Shown: piece after piece, positions 49,002-58,530 of the stretch | Numbering within the stretch: the stretch's first letter is position 1 | Layout: each line of letters begins with the position of its first letter | Virus record (IMG/VR): IMGVR_UViG_3300021977_000001 | Source: a virus | Reading direction: 5' to 3' (one strand) | DNA: 64,000 nt | Translations under genes and position numbers: made by a program | The notes under the pieces: generated by a model | Database searches by the model: none | What the model was told of the DNA's origin: nothing | Seen by the model: the letters and a program-made list of their open reading frames with translations, nothing else

Positions 49002-51164
49002 CTAGCTACGTGTTGGTACACCACCGATGTAGTCAGTGAAGACTTTATCGATGTTAGACACGTTGATCACACCCATTACAGGTAGGTGTGGTACGTGAAG
49101 GTCACGTGGCTGTACTTGAGTTTCTTTGGTAGTAGCATTGTCACGTGATACTTGCGCTGTGCTAGTAAGCTCAGGCATGTAGAAGTGAGTACCAAAACCA
49201 AGCGCATCAGGTTTACCTGATGCACCACGGCCGAAACCAAGAACGATCTTACCAGACATACGAGCATCAGGTGAAGATACAACTTCAAAGTCCATACCGA
49301 TAGATGCAGTACGCTCATCACCAGAAACCATGATGTGCTGAGCGATAACGTGATCTGTACCGATGATCAGCTTAGGCTTAACGCTAGTGCCGCCAGTTTC
49401 CATCTCAAGCGCTGCTGCGTAGTTAGAACGATCCATCATCTTGTATGCAATTTGACGGATAGCGTCAACTAGGATAGCAGAGAAATCAGATGCTTTCTCA
49501 TGCGACTTAGTTGAGTTGATAACTGCAGCTGCATCGATAGTTTCTTCTTGGAAGTAAGGCTTCACTAGAAGACGACCGATACCTTGTACTTGAGGTGCAG
49601 TACCTGTTGCCGTTGCACGAGCTACTGTAGAACGTAGGCTATCTACGTAGTTAAGTAGAGTGGTAACCGCGTTGTTAGAGGTACGAGTACGTGCAGTAGT
49701 AACTAGCGCACGTAGATCAGACGCCTGGTCGCTTGAGCCGTGGATAGGCTGAGGCGCAGAGATAGGCGCACCTAGTGGTACAGTGTAACGCTCTTTAACT
49801 TCAGTACGATCGATCAAGATACCACGAGTACGACGGTTAGCGTTAGTTAGACGTGCGTCTAGTTTATAACCGATCACTTCCATAGAGAAGCTGTCGATAG
49901 CTGCTTTACCATCACCTTGAGTAGTAGAGATCTGTGCACCAGATGCATCTACTAGGCCGTTAACGCGAAGTGGTGAAGCATTGATTTCAAGCGCACCCGT
50001 TTCAAGGTTAAGCGTACCATTAAGCTTCATGTCTAGTGAAGCAACGTAGTCGTTAAGACCAGCAAGCGCATCTGCTTTGCTCTGATCAACAGCTTTAGTG
50101 TCAGAAGCAAGTAGAACAGCGTTGTTAGCAAACGTTAGTGCCATTTCACGGCTATCGCCTTCAGCAGTAGGCTGGAACGTAGTGCGTGGAAGGCCTTTAA
50201 CTTGAATTTCAAGAACGTCAGACTCACCAGTAGCAGGGTCAGCTTGGTTAGCTGCATCGCGAACCAACACGTAAACTGTCTTAAGCTCAACACGGCCATC
50301 GATAGAGTCAGTGCTGTCGATTTGTGAGTTGATGCGGTTAGGACCAGTTGCAAGTGATACAAGATCCATTTGTGCGTCAACACGTAGTGCTGAAGTTTTG
50401 AACTCGTCACCGTCAACTTTAACGTCAGCAGGTGCTAGTACGTCAGTGTCTACGAAGAACTCAGCACGGCTGTCATCAGCAAGATAAACAGGCACTAGGT
50501 CAGTAGTTTGGTTTTCAAGGATCGATGCATCTTGAACTGCGTCAACAAGGTTAACTTTACCAAAGTTGGTAATAGAACCTGTAGCAGAACGCGTTACTTC
50601 GTTGAATACCATTGTACGTTGTACAGATACTTCAGCGCCAGCATTATCAGGCGACATTACGTACGTTGGGAAGAATGCTTCAGCAAACGGGTCTTGTACC
50701 GCAGCTAGCGCGTTGAACACGATTGAATGAGGAGCAAACTTACGTAGCTCAGATTCGTCAAATGCTTCGCTAGACGGAGAAAGGCGGAAGTCCATTGAAC
50801 CCGCTGAACCGAAAGCTGGTAGGCTGGTGTTGCCTTCAACGCTTACAGACATTGCACGCTGTGCGTAAACTGCTGGGTTACCGTTAGCAAGTGCAGCAAT
50901 TGCAGCAGCTTCAAGGCCAACCTGAGTAACAGCAAAACCTTCACCTAGGTTCTCTTCAAGGATGTGCTTGATTTCATTTGAATTACTTTCAAAAGACATC
51001 TCTAGATCAGAACGTGCGTTATCGTCAAGTGACTCAAGCGCAATAAGGTTGTTAGTAAGAGTTGTGTTAGACAAATCAGCACCCTGACCCTGCAGAAGCG
51101 CGGAGATGCTTTGTTTAGCGGCACCTAAACCGGTTGCCTTTTTCTTGATGCTTAATAGGGACAT
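49002..51164 (-). CDS. major capsid protein (phiKZ gp120-like)
   Basis: 720 aa, strongly biased codon usage, strong RBS, N-terminal propeptide rich in A/S/G-x-E sites, QDPFAEAFFPT and LTNANRRTRG motifs. Confidence 0.88.
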   Translation of the reverse strand: MSLLSIKKKATGLGAAKQSISALLQGQGADLSNTTLTNNLIALESLDDNARSDLEMSFESNSNEIKHILEENLGEGFAVTQVGLEAAAIAALANGNPAVYAQRAMSVSVEGNTSLPAFGSAGSMDFRLSPSSEAFDESELRKFAPHSIVFNALAAVQDPFAEAFFPTYVMSPDNAGAEVSVQRTMVFNEVTRSATGSITNFGKVNLVDAVQDASILENQTTDLVPVYLADDSRAEFFVDTDVLAPADVKVDGDEFKTSALRVDAQMDLVSLATGPNRINSQIDSTDSIDGRVELKTVYVLVRDAANQADPATGESDVLEIQVKGLPRTTFQPTAEGDSREMALTFANNAVLLASDTKAVDQSKADALAGLNDYVASLDMKLNGTLNLETGALEINASPLRVNGLVDASGAQISTTQGDGKAAIDSFSMEVIGYKLDARLTNANRRTRGILIDRTEVKERYTVPLGAPISAPQPIHGSSDQASDLRALVTTARTRTSNNAVTTLLNYVDSLRSTVARATATGTAPQVQGIGRLLVKPYFQEETIDAAAVINSTKSHEKASDFSAILVDAIRQIAYKMMDRSNYAAALEMETGGTSVKPKLIIGTDHVIAQHIMVSGDERTASIGMDFEVVSSPDARMSGKIVLGFGRGASGKPDALGFGTHFYMPELTSTAQVSRDNATTKETQVQPRDLHVPHLPVMGVINVSNIDKVFTDYIGGVPTRS

Positions 51165-51199
51165 TATCGTACCTTTCCTTTCATTAACGTGGATTATTA

Positions 51200-51242
51200 A
51201 GAAGCGTGTGTCTCATACAGTGTGTGACACAGGTTTGCTTCT
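51200..51242 (-). promoter_or_regulatory. candidate late promoter (TATG) inside an inverted repeat upstream of the major capsid gene
   Basis: Minus strand agaagc..tgtgtc-acacactgTATGa-gacaca.gcttct. Confidence 0.4.
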
Positions 51243-51263
51243 ACAGGTTAAAAATGCGGATGA

Positions 51264-51797
51264 CTACGCTGCGTGGCGCAGCTGCATCGCAACGTAGCTG
51301 GTATACAGTGGCGTCTTAAGTATAGCGCCATGGTCATAGCGTATCTGAAGAATCTTAAATAGTTCCTCATATAAATCCATAACCACTACAGGTTCTTTAC
51401 TAGGCTCGATGCACAGGCCTATGGTGTCCGTGCCGATCAGGCAGGGTGTCATAGAGATAGTATCGTTTTGACTTCCTAATGTTTGACCGTACAACAGAAT
51501 CTGTTGCCGTCCTACCATACCTTGATGCTGTTGAAGTTTAATTCTTACTGCATCACTAGGAACATCTGGCAGGCCTTTTACATCAGCGTGTGGATAGCTT
51601 GCAGCTAAGGCATTTAACCATCCCAGACCACCGTTACCCAGCTCACTTAACGTACTATAAATAGATGCTTGGTAGAACTGAACATCTTCGGGAGATAGTA
51701 TAGACGACAATTTCTCAATATCCAGCACGCTGGTGAGAGGCTCACCCAAACGCGCTAAGGTTTCTTTTAGCCAATGGGGTACAATGACATAATTCAT
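51264..51797 (-). CDS. conserved protein between DnaB and capsid (phiKZ gp119-like)
   Basis: 177 aa; synteny. Confidence 0.55.
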   Translation of the reverse strand: MNYVIVPHWLKETLARLGEPLTSVLDIEKLSSILSPEDVQFYQASIYSTLSELGNGGLGWLNALAASYPHADVKGLPDVPSDAVRIKLQQHQGMVGRQQILLYGQTLGSQNDTISMTPCLIGTDTIGLCIEPSKEPVVVMDLYEELFKILQIRYDHGAILKTPLYTSYVAMQLRHAA

Positions 51798-51850
51798 AAC
51801 GGGCCTTTACTAGTAGTTGCGTGTGATTCATCTATACAATAGGAAACCTC

Positions 51851-53413
51851 ATGGACTCAAAACTATTGCTCGTTAAGGCGATAATGTTACTGTATCGCGA
51901 AGGGCAACTAGAAGATAACAATGGTCAGTCTGGACCTATTATCAAAGAAGTAATTGAAGCACTTAAGCCAACCTTTAACAGTGCGGTATCAGGTTCCTCG
52001 AAAGATACACTAGTAGCATTACGTGACACGCTTCTATATATGCTAGAAGAACCACCTGGCTATAAACACGATAGAGACACCATCATTCAACGCTTACGTG
52101 TTAACATCATTGACGACGAGTCATTGTTTAAAGCCGTTGAATTAGGAATGATAGAATTAGAATCAGAAGAACGCATTCAGCAGGTCTGTTACGACCACGT
52201 CAGGACGTTACGTCAGTTCCTATCAAGAAACACCATTAAAAACATTATTAAACAAGCCTCTCAAGATGTTCACTTTAATGAAGAATCGGTAAATTGGAAG
52301 ACGTTTGCTGCGGATCTAGTAGATCAACTTGAGCCTTTTGCAAGTAACCTAGTCGAAAACGCGCAAGGGTTAGTGACCGAGTTAGATATTGATAACATTG
52401 AAGCCGTTGAAAAGGTAATGAAAGACGGTAATGAGTCTAACTCAACTGAAGGGATCATGAAGTTAGGTTGGCAGGGTGTTAATAGAATGACAGGTGACCA
52501 TGGCGGTATACGACGTGGTGACTTTGTACTAATAGGTGCACTTCAGCATAACTTTAAATCAGGGATGCTACTTAACATCCCTAAACACGTAGCGTTGTAT
52601 AATCGCCCATACATGCTAGACCCTAAAAAGAAACCGTTAATTATCTATATCTCTTTAGAAAACAAGATTGAAGATAACATCTTGATCATGTACAAGAACC
52701 TTAAAGAGAATGAAACCGGTGAAGCATGCGATGTAAGTAACATCAACATACAAGAAGCAGCGGCTTATCTTCGTGAAGTCTTAGGTAAGAATGGTTACCA
52801 CTTTAAGTTCTTACGTTTTGACCCGACTGAATTTACTTATCGTGATCTGTTTGAATTACTTGACCGTTACCAAGCTGAAGGTTACGAGATCCATATGGTA
52901 TCGGTGGATTACCTTAACATGATGAGTAAGCAAGGATGTAACTCAGGTATTAACGAAGCACACCGCATACGTGAGTTGTTTAGACGTGTTCGTAACTACT
53001 GTAACCCTAAAGGCATCACGCTGTTAACCGCGCACCAGTTAAGTTCAGATGCTAAGCAACTAGTACGGATGGGAAGTTCTGACTTTGTTAAAGAGGTAGC
53101 TAACAAAGGCTATTACGACTCATCTAAAGGTATCGACCAAGAGGTGGACTTAGAGATTACCATACACATCGAAAAACCAGGTGACGGCCATAGCTATCTC
53201 ACCATGATGCGAGGCAAGCATCGTAAGTCAGGTAAAATTACCCCTGATAAAGACTTATTCTGCGTATATCGCTTTGAACCTATCGGCGATATACCTGACG
53301 ACGTACATGGAAGTGATTTGTCAAGAAGAAGCGTTGGTGGTGGTGTCAATAGTCAACCAGGCGCTGCTGAAGGTGCGTGGTGGGACATGCCAAAAGGTGA
53401 CCATGCCGCATAA
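51851..53413 (+). CDS. dnaB: DnaB-like replicative helicase (phiKZ gp118-like)
   Basis: GWQGVNRM.G..GG.RRG, Walker A variant GALQHNFKS, YISLEN, VDYLNMM, TAHQLS, RGKHR. Confidence 0.85.
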   Translation: MDSKLLLVKAIMLLYREGQLEDNNGQSGPIIKEVIEALKPTFNSAVSGSSKDTLVALRDTLLYMLEEPPGYKHDRDTIIQRLRVNIIDDESLFKAVELGMIELESEERIQQVCYDHVRTLRQFLSRNTIKNIIKQASQDVHFNEESVNWKTFAADLVDQLEPFASNLVENAQGLVTELDIDNIEAVEKVMKDGNESNSTEGIMKLGWQGVNRMTGDHGGIRRGDFVLIGALQHNFKSGMLLNIPKHVALYNRPYMLDPKKKPLIIYISLENKIEDNILIMYKNLKENETGEACDVSNINIQEAAAYLREVLGKNGYHFKFLRFDPTEFTYRDLFELLDRYQAEGYEIHMVSVDYLNMMSKQGCNSGINEAHRIRELFRRVRNYCNPKGITLLTAHQLSSDAKQLVRMGSSDFVKEVANKGYYDSSKGIDQEVDLEITIHIEKPGDGHSYLTMMRGKHRKSGKITPDKDLFCVYRFEPIGDIPDDVHGSDLSRRSVGGGVNSQPGAAEGAWWDMPKGDHAA

Positions 53414-53460
53414 AAGCCTAACCACCTAGCCGTGAGGCCGGGTGGTTAGCTTATGCCGTC
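53406..53460. terminator. bidirectional hairpin, TTATGCCGTC (+) / TTATGCGG (-)
   Basis: ctaaccacc...ggtggttag between DnaB and HDOD; 30/32 identical to the reverse complement of 9490-9521. Confidence 0.75.
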
Positions 53461-54290
53461 TAGATAAAGCTAGCTAATACTGCTTGACTCATTTCGTTGT
53501 ATTTATCGCATGCTAATATATCAGGATGGGAGAACATGCCTTTCTTTTTACAATACGCAATCATACGCTCTTGTTTATCTTCAAAGTAACCATTTAACGC
53601 AGCACCTAGACGAAGATAATCGACATAATCGATAGCCTGTTTAGCATCATCGCTTTCTTTTCGTCGCCAGCGTTCAACAGCGTAGATGATAGGTTGTTCA
53701 AATTCCCACTGTTTAAGGATCTGACCCCCTAAGATAGGTGATAGGCGGCTAGCGGTTTCATTTAAAAAAGCAGGCTGAGCAAATTCAGCAGGGTTAGTTT
53801 CTGCTTCATTTAGTATAGCCAACATACCGATGTTGTGGACTAGGCAGGCCAGGAATAACGTTTCTTCCCTGACGTGTTTTTGCTTATCGCAGACCGCATA
53901 GGCACCAATGGCACACGAGGTCATCGTAACGGTATCCATCCATACCTCATGCATCTTTATTTGAATCTGTTTATTTTGAGAATCAAATAACTGCTCCATG
54001 GCCATACCTATTGCTAGGTTTTTAAGCTTAACAAGCCCTATACGTTTACAGGCTTCGTGGATATCAGTAATGGTAGAGACACCACGTACTAAAGCAGTAT
54101 TAGAGTAGCGTAGTATTCTAGTGGTTAATGCAGCGTCAGTAGCGATCACCTGACTAACATCTACAATAGTTGAATCTTCTTGCTCCGCTGTCTGCTTTAC
54201 ACGTAGTGCGATATCAGGCAAAGTAGGTAGCGTTAGCTTGTTATGGTTGATCTTATCGAGGATTGATAAAGTTAACGCGTTATGTTTCAT
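53460..54290 (-). CDS. HDOD domain protein
   Basis: LPTLPDIALRV, VIATDAALTTRILRYSN, A..RIG, LVHNIG, ILKQWEF: canonical stand-alone HDOD. Confidence 0.88.
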   Translation of the reverse strand: MKHNALTLSILDKINHNKLTLPTLPDIALRVKQTAEQEDSTIVDVSQVIATDAALTTRILRYSNTALVRGVSTITDIHEACKRIGLVKLKNLAIGMAMEQLFDSQNKQIQIKMHEVWMDTVTMTSCAIGAYAVCDKQKHVREETLFLACLVHNIGMLAILNEAETNPAEFAQPAFLNETASRLSPILGGQILKQWEFEQPIIYAVERWRRKESDDAKQAIDYVDYLRLGAALNGYFEDKQERMIAYCKKKGMFSHPDILACDKYNEMSQAVLASFI

Positions 54291-54292
54291 GG

Positions 54293-55549
54293 TTAAACAA
54301 ACTCCATTGTTGAAGAACTTAGCAACAACCGGCTAAGGTCGTTAGGGATGTAGCTCCCATAGAAATACTGAGTTATAAGTGACTTACTTGCGAGCTTATT
54401 ATCCGCTAACGCCTTAAATTGAGCAAATTGATAACTGTGATTCATCACCACCCCTAGCTGAGATCGCTCGTGTAGGGGCGTATTTTCTTGATGCTCTTCT
54501 AAGGCCCGTCGTAGTGGACGTATATGTGTCCAGTTAATCTGGTGAATAAGGATATCTTGAATCTTTTCTTTAAAGCAGTTAATCCAAATACTTAACACAT
54601 TAAAATTCACATCAACGGACTGAATAGCAGTGTGTAGAGTATGTTGGCTCTGAGATCGCCACGTATCCATTAAACGCACCCTAACGTCATCCTGGCGCTC
54701 GCAGAACAAACGATAGACCACTACGCCACACAAGACGTCTAGTACGCCTAGAAGACCACCTAAACGGCGTGTAGGATGATCTTTACCTAAGGTGTTTAAA
54801 ATACCGATAGCGTAGTTAACATTATAGCTAAGTAAACGCTTAAACCTATTCTCGCTAGCACTACGTTTAACGTCATAATCCACTTCTGTAAACTGCTGTA
54901 CGAGTAAAAGAGGAAGTAGATCATCAAGGGTAGATTTACCTAACTGACCTATAATAGCCTGCATACTCTGTTTACCTACATCAATCTTGCTATATTTTCC
55001 ACTGCGCTGTTCTTTAACAATAAACTTCAATACCCCGTCTGTCAATATATCAGACTGACCGATGGCATTAACCAGTTTCTTATAGTCGACGTTAGGATGG
55101 TATAGTGTATCAATGAGATCTGGCAAGGCACGCCCAATAGCATGGAGTGGGCGTTCGGTTAATTGAATCTCTATATCTTTTTTAAGCTCGCGATGATATA
55201 GTTCGCTGGCTTTAACCTGCCACTCTACCTGTTTTGCGTTGGCCCGTATTTTATCCTCTTGCCTTACACGTTCTACATCCAGCAGCGTTCGATTAGCGTT
55301 AGCAACAATAGGTTCTTTAATACCGCGTTTTATTACAGTATCTATATCAGGCGTATAGCCTGCTGATATAGAGGAAGCGAGATTAAGATCAAACAAATGT
55401 GCACGGCATCGCTGCGTCATCAAGTGCTTGACTAATGAAAATTGACTAACCTGCTCTTCAGTAAGTCGGGTTGGGTCTAGTAGAAATTTAACAGCCTGCA
55501 TGGTTTGTGGTCCTTCATCGTCATAAGGTGAGGACCTATTGGTCCTCAC
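54293..55549 (-). CDS. divergent HDOD-like protein with N-terminal extension
   Basis: LPDLIDTL...YKKLVNAI...L...VLKF..., QAIIGQLG..TL..LLP, GLLGVL pattern resembling long gammaproteobacterial HDOD proteins. Confidence 0.6.
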   Translation of the reverse strand: MRTNRSSPYDDEGPQTMQAVKFLLDPTRLTEEQVSQFSLVKHLMTQRCRAHLFDLNLASSISAGYTPDIDTVIKRGIKEPIVANANRTLLDVERVRQEDKIRANAKQVEWQVKASELYHRELKKDIEIQLTERPLHAIGRALPDLIDTLYHPNVDYKKLVNAIGQSDILTDGVLKFIVKEQRSGKYSKIDVGKQSMQAIIGQLGKSTLDDLLPLLLVQQFTEVDYDVKRSASENRFKRLLSYNVNYAIGILNTLGKDHPTRRLGGLLGVLDVLCGVVVYRLFCERQDDVRVRLMDTWRSQSQHTLHTAIQSVDVNFNVLSIWINCFKEKIQDILIHQINWTHIRPLRRALEEHQENTPLHERSQLGVVMNHSYQFAQFKALADNKLASKSLITQYFYGSYIPNDLSRLLLSSSTMEFV

Positions 55550-56243
55550 TGCTTATTAATAAATTACGCAACGTAATGATGTCATCTAGACATCGGTTAA
55601 GTGGGTCGGCGGGGAAGTGTATAGCATCTTTCTCATCGTCATGATCTAAAAGCTCTTTAGCCGAATTAGCATGATCGATAAAAAGATCCAACATGGCCTC
55701 GGCAGCATCTAGCTTATCTTCAATGCTATTAGTTTCCTCTAACAATCTTTGAAGATAGCCACCGTATTGATCCAAATTAACCACCCAGTAAACAATACCT
55801 GTACGAATATCTTGCTGTTTATTTACCTCCAGGTAATTAAACGCTGTTTCGCCCCGATATAGCTCATGTCTGTCGCGGTTTCTTTTCTTATCGATATCTA
55901 TCACTACATCAAAATGGTTGCGACGTGTAGGTTTAAGACCTACTTTGTCAAATACACCCATGATAACATCAATTAACCGCATGTAAGTGTTATAGAACAA
56001 CTTATAGCGTTTAAAGGTAACGTAGTGTAGTTCTTTATTCACATAAGACTTAACTGCCTTATCTACCTCACCATAGACACGTGTCGATTGGTTAGGATTT
56101 TCTACTGCTTCGGTGAAGCATTGATCGCGTTGATTAGTTAAAATACCTCTTATGGATATTGCGCACTGCTTCCTTTCGTTTAAACGCTCGATCAACGCAC
56201 CGATATTAGCTTTAGTGTAGCTAATGGTGAGTAATCGTCTCAT
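55536..56243 (-). CDS. hypothetical protein
   Basis: 235 aa, AGGA RBS, overlaps the HDOD-like gene. Confidence 0.6.
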   Translation of the reverse strand: MRRLLTISYTKANIGALIERLNERKQCAISIRGILTNQRDQCFTEAVENPNQSTRVYGEVDKAVKSYVNKELHYVTFKRYKLFYNTYMRLIDVIMGVFDKVGLKPTRRNHFDVVIDIDKKRNRDRHELYRGETAFNYLEVNKQQDIRTGIVYWVVNLDQYGGYLQRLLEETNSIEDKLDAAEAMLDLFIDHANSAKELLDHDDEKDAIHFPADPLNRCLDDIITLRNLLISSEDQ

Positions 56244-56270
56244 ACCAGTGTCCTATGATGTTAACGCTCC

Positions 56271-56822
56271 CTACCAGTTTAGAGATACAATCATAGCATG
56301 AGTATCTTCTAAGCTCACCTTTGCTGATTGAGCTAGTTTCCTTGCATTACGCTTTACCTGTTCATCGCTGTAGCGAGTTTGACTATCCCACGCCCACTGT
56401 AGTAGTGCTTGACGTTGTTTAGGTCGACATTCTCTATCCTTTAAATTACAATTAGCGTTGATCTGTCCTTGATGTCTTGCCACAAAGCTACGCCAGCGTT
56501 TGATTTCCAATTCGTCTTTCTCACCTAAACGTCGACCTAGGTAATAGAGACAATACCACTGAAACCATCCTAGAGGATAATCGGGGTCTGTCCATCCATT
56601 CTTTTTCCAAATAGATAAAGGCTGTCGGGATTTAACACCGTAATAGTTAATGGTAGGGTCAGGGTCATCGCTGCGTTTCAACACTTTAGGGATGTCGTAC
56701 CATGACTTAGGTAGTCCTTCAACGGCATTTATATATTTACCTTCAAAGATGCCAAGCTTTAACATCTGCTCCGGTGTATAAGACGGGCCGAATGTTGGAT
56801 CCCAGGTTATTGTCTTACTCAT
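56271..56822 (-). CDS. conserved protein of unknown function (family shared by jumbo phages and giant viruses)
   Basis: F.P..TP..ML.LG.F.G.Y, NYYGV, GWFQWYC.YY.GRR..D..I.RW, RQALLQWA.D; start reassigned to 56822. Confidence 0.7.
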   Translation of the reverse strand: MSKTITWDPTFGPSYTPEQMLKLGIFEGKYINAVEGLPKSWYDIPKVLKRSDDPDPTINYYGVKSRQPLSIWKKNGWTDPDYPLGWFQWYCLYYLGRRLGEKDELEIKRWRSFVARHQGQINANCNLKDRECRPKQRQALLQWAWDSQTRYSDEQVKRNARKLAQSAKVSLEDTHAMIVSLNW

Positions 56823-56850
56823 GATGATTCCATATTTTCTTATTAAAGAC

Positions 56851-56878
56851 AAAAAAGAACAGGATCCGAAGATCCCGT
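56851..56878 (-). terminator. canonical terminator with C(UUCG)G loop
   Basis: Minus strand acgggatc-ttcg-gatcctgt then tctttttt. Confidence 0.7.
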
Positions 56879-56881
56879 GGG

Positions 56882-57523
56882 CTATTTACTTACATTATCA
56901 GAATAGTAGGTTAGTGCGTCAGCACACTGCATGTTATAAGGTATTTGGAAACTAACTTGATGCGTCCCACCTTTCCACGTATTGACACGTGGTCCTACTT
57001 CTTCATTAAACGTTATCTCTGCACGATAGATACGCCAGGAGATAAACCGCGCCCATCGTAAACATAACGGCGCTACACGAATATAATACGTACGCACATG
57101 ACATTGTACCATGTTCAAATTAGCTTGATCGTGGTATTTCATGTTATTTACTTGCTTTAACGTCACCTCGGTATAAGGTTCTAAGCAGCGTATCTGCCAA
57201 GGCATATCATACCCGCGATACCCTTTACGTCCAAGGTAGAATGACACAGAATCCGCATGAAAGAATACCCCATACCAGATATCTTCCTCATTATTATCCA
57301 ATGCTTCAACGCACCATCTTGCACTAAGTTTAATGGTGATGTTAATCAGGTATAAGAATAACGTAACACTATTATCGCCCTCACCGTAGCTAAGGTTTTG
57401 CTTGGTGGTTCGACTTAAAAGGAAATGGATACTCCTATCTACCTTAGGAATATTCCACTTTACCGACAACATGCCTAAGCTAAACACACCGCTGGCTTTT
57501 AGTCGTTTTAATGCAGCTAACAT
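56882..57523 (-). CDS. hypothetical protein
   Basis: 213 aa, own terminators on both sides. Confidence 0.55.
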   Translation of the reverse strand: MLAALKRLKASGVFSLGMLSVKWNIPKVDRSIHFLLSRTTKQNLSYGEGDNSVTLFLYLINITIKLSARWCVEALDNNEEDIWYGVFFHADSVSFYLGRKGYRGYDMPWQIRCLEPYTEVTLKQVNNMKYHDQANLNMVQCHVRTYYIRVAPLCLRWARFISWRIYRAEITFNEEVGPRVNTWKGGTHQVSFQIPYNMQCADALTYYSDNVSK

Positions 57524-57547
57524 AATACACGTCCTGTTATTGAAGTT

Positions 57548-57577
57548 AAAAAAAGAAGGTCATAATAAACCTTCTTT
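57548..57577 (-). terminator. canonical intrinsic terminator
   Basis: aaagaaggt/accttcttt stem with T-run on minus strand. Confidence 0.6.
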
Positions 57578-57591
57578 ATGTTAATACTGAC

Positions 57592-58005
57592 TTACTTTGT
57601 AAGATCCAAGCCCAGGTTACGCACTAGGCGTATGCCTTTAGACGTCATCCCGTAGGCCATAAAACGCCCATGGCGTTCTTTATCTAAATAACCTAGGTTA
57701 ACCAGCTTGTTTAGCATGCGTGCTATGGCGGAGTAACTCCAACGATTACCCCCGCGTCTATAATAGCTCATAAAGAAACCTTCTACCTCACCTACATACA
57801 CTAGCGGGTATTTGCCACTATGGTTACTATTGACAATGGATAACGCCAGCATAGCAGGAAGACTTAAGTTAGACAGCCTAAGTTTTACCATGATCTCTAA
57901 CGGGCTTAGTTGGACATCATGTTTGTCTTTAAATAGCTGAATAACTTCAGCACTTTGCTGTTGGACTTCTTCGCGTTGAGGTTTAGTCTTTATTGTTTTC
58001 ATCAT
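57592..58005 (-). CDS. winged-helix (MarR/ArsR-like) DNA-binding protein
   Basis: SYSAIARMLNKLVNLGYLDKERHGRFMAYGMTSKG. Confidence 0.65.
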   Translation of the reverse strand: MMKTIKTKPQREEVQQQSAEVIQLFKDKHDVQLSPLEIMVKLRLSNLSLPAMLALSIVNSNHSGKYPLVYVGEVEGFFMSYYRRGGNRWSYSAIARMLNKLVNLGYLDKERHGRFMAYGMTSKGIRLVRNLGLDLTK

Positions 58006-58475
58006 TACGCTTCCTTGCTGTATTTTATCATATCACATATAGCCTTACCTAGATTGTATCGCACGCTATTGTTAATACTTGCATCCGATAACTGACCACG
58101 CATTAAAGAACCGTACATGCGGGTTATCTGCACAGGCATATTGGCTACTACGACTGCGCTATCGCCATGTGGATAACGATCAAATAAGATTACGTTACCG
58201 TTAGGGGTGTTGGTAACGTGGACCAACCTTTGCTTGCTGTCTAATCCAATTATCTGGATATTATCTGATAAACTACTATCATCAACCCCGCCATCTAAAT
58301 ACCCTGATCCGTTATCCCAACTGTCTGGAATCTTATCGCAGACATACAAGTTATCATCAACTACCTCGTTATCATCAAGTCCTGTTAGCAGTTCTTTAAT
58401 AGCTTTAGCTAGACGTCCTTCATTGTCTTCTATTATTGCATTGATATTACTAGGGGTTGCTTTAGTTAAGTTCAT
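58005..58475 (-). CDS. hypothetical protein
   Basis: 156 aa, TAATG-coupled to the wHTH gene. Confidence 0.6.
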   Translation of the reverse strand: MNLTKATPSNINAIIEDNEGRLAKAIKELLTGLDDNEVVDDNLYVCDKIPDSWDNGSGYLDGGVDDSSLSDNIQIIGLDSKQRLVHVTNTPNGNVILFDRYPHGDSAVVVANMPVQITRMYGSLMRGQLSDASINNSVRYNLGKAICDMIKYSKEA

Positions 58476-58530
58476 GTTAGTTTCCTTAATTTAAAAGACC
58501 AAGCCTTTATTGACCTGGTCGTATAAGTGT

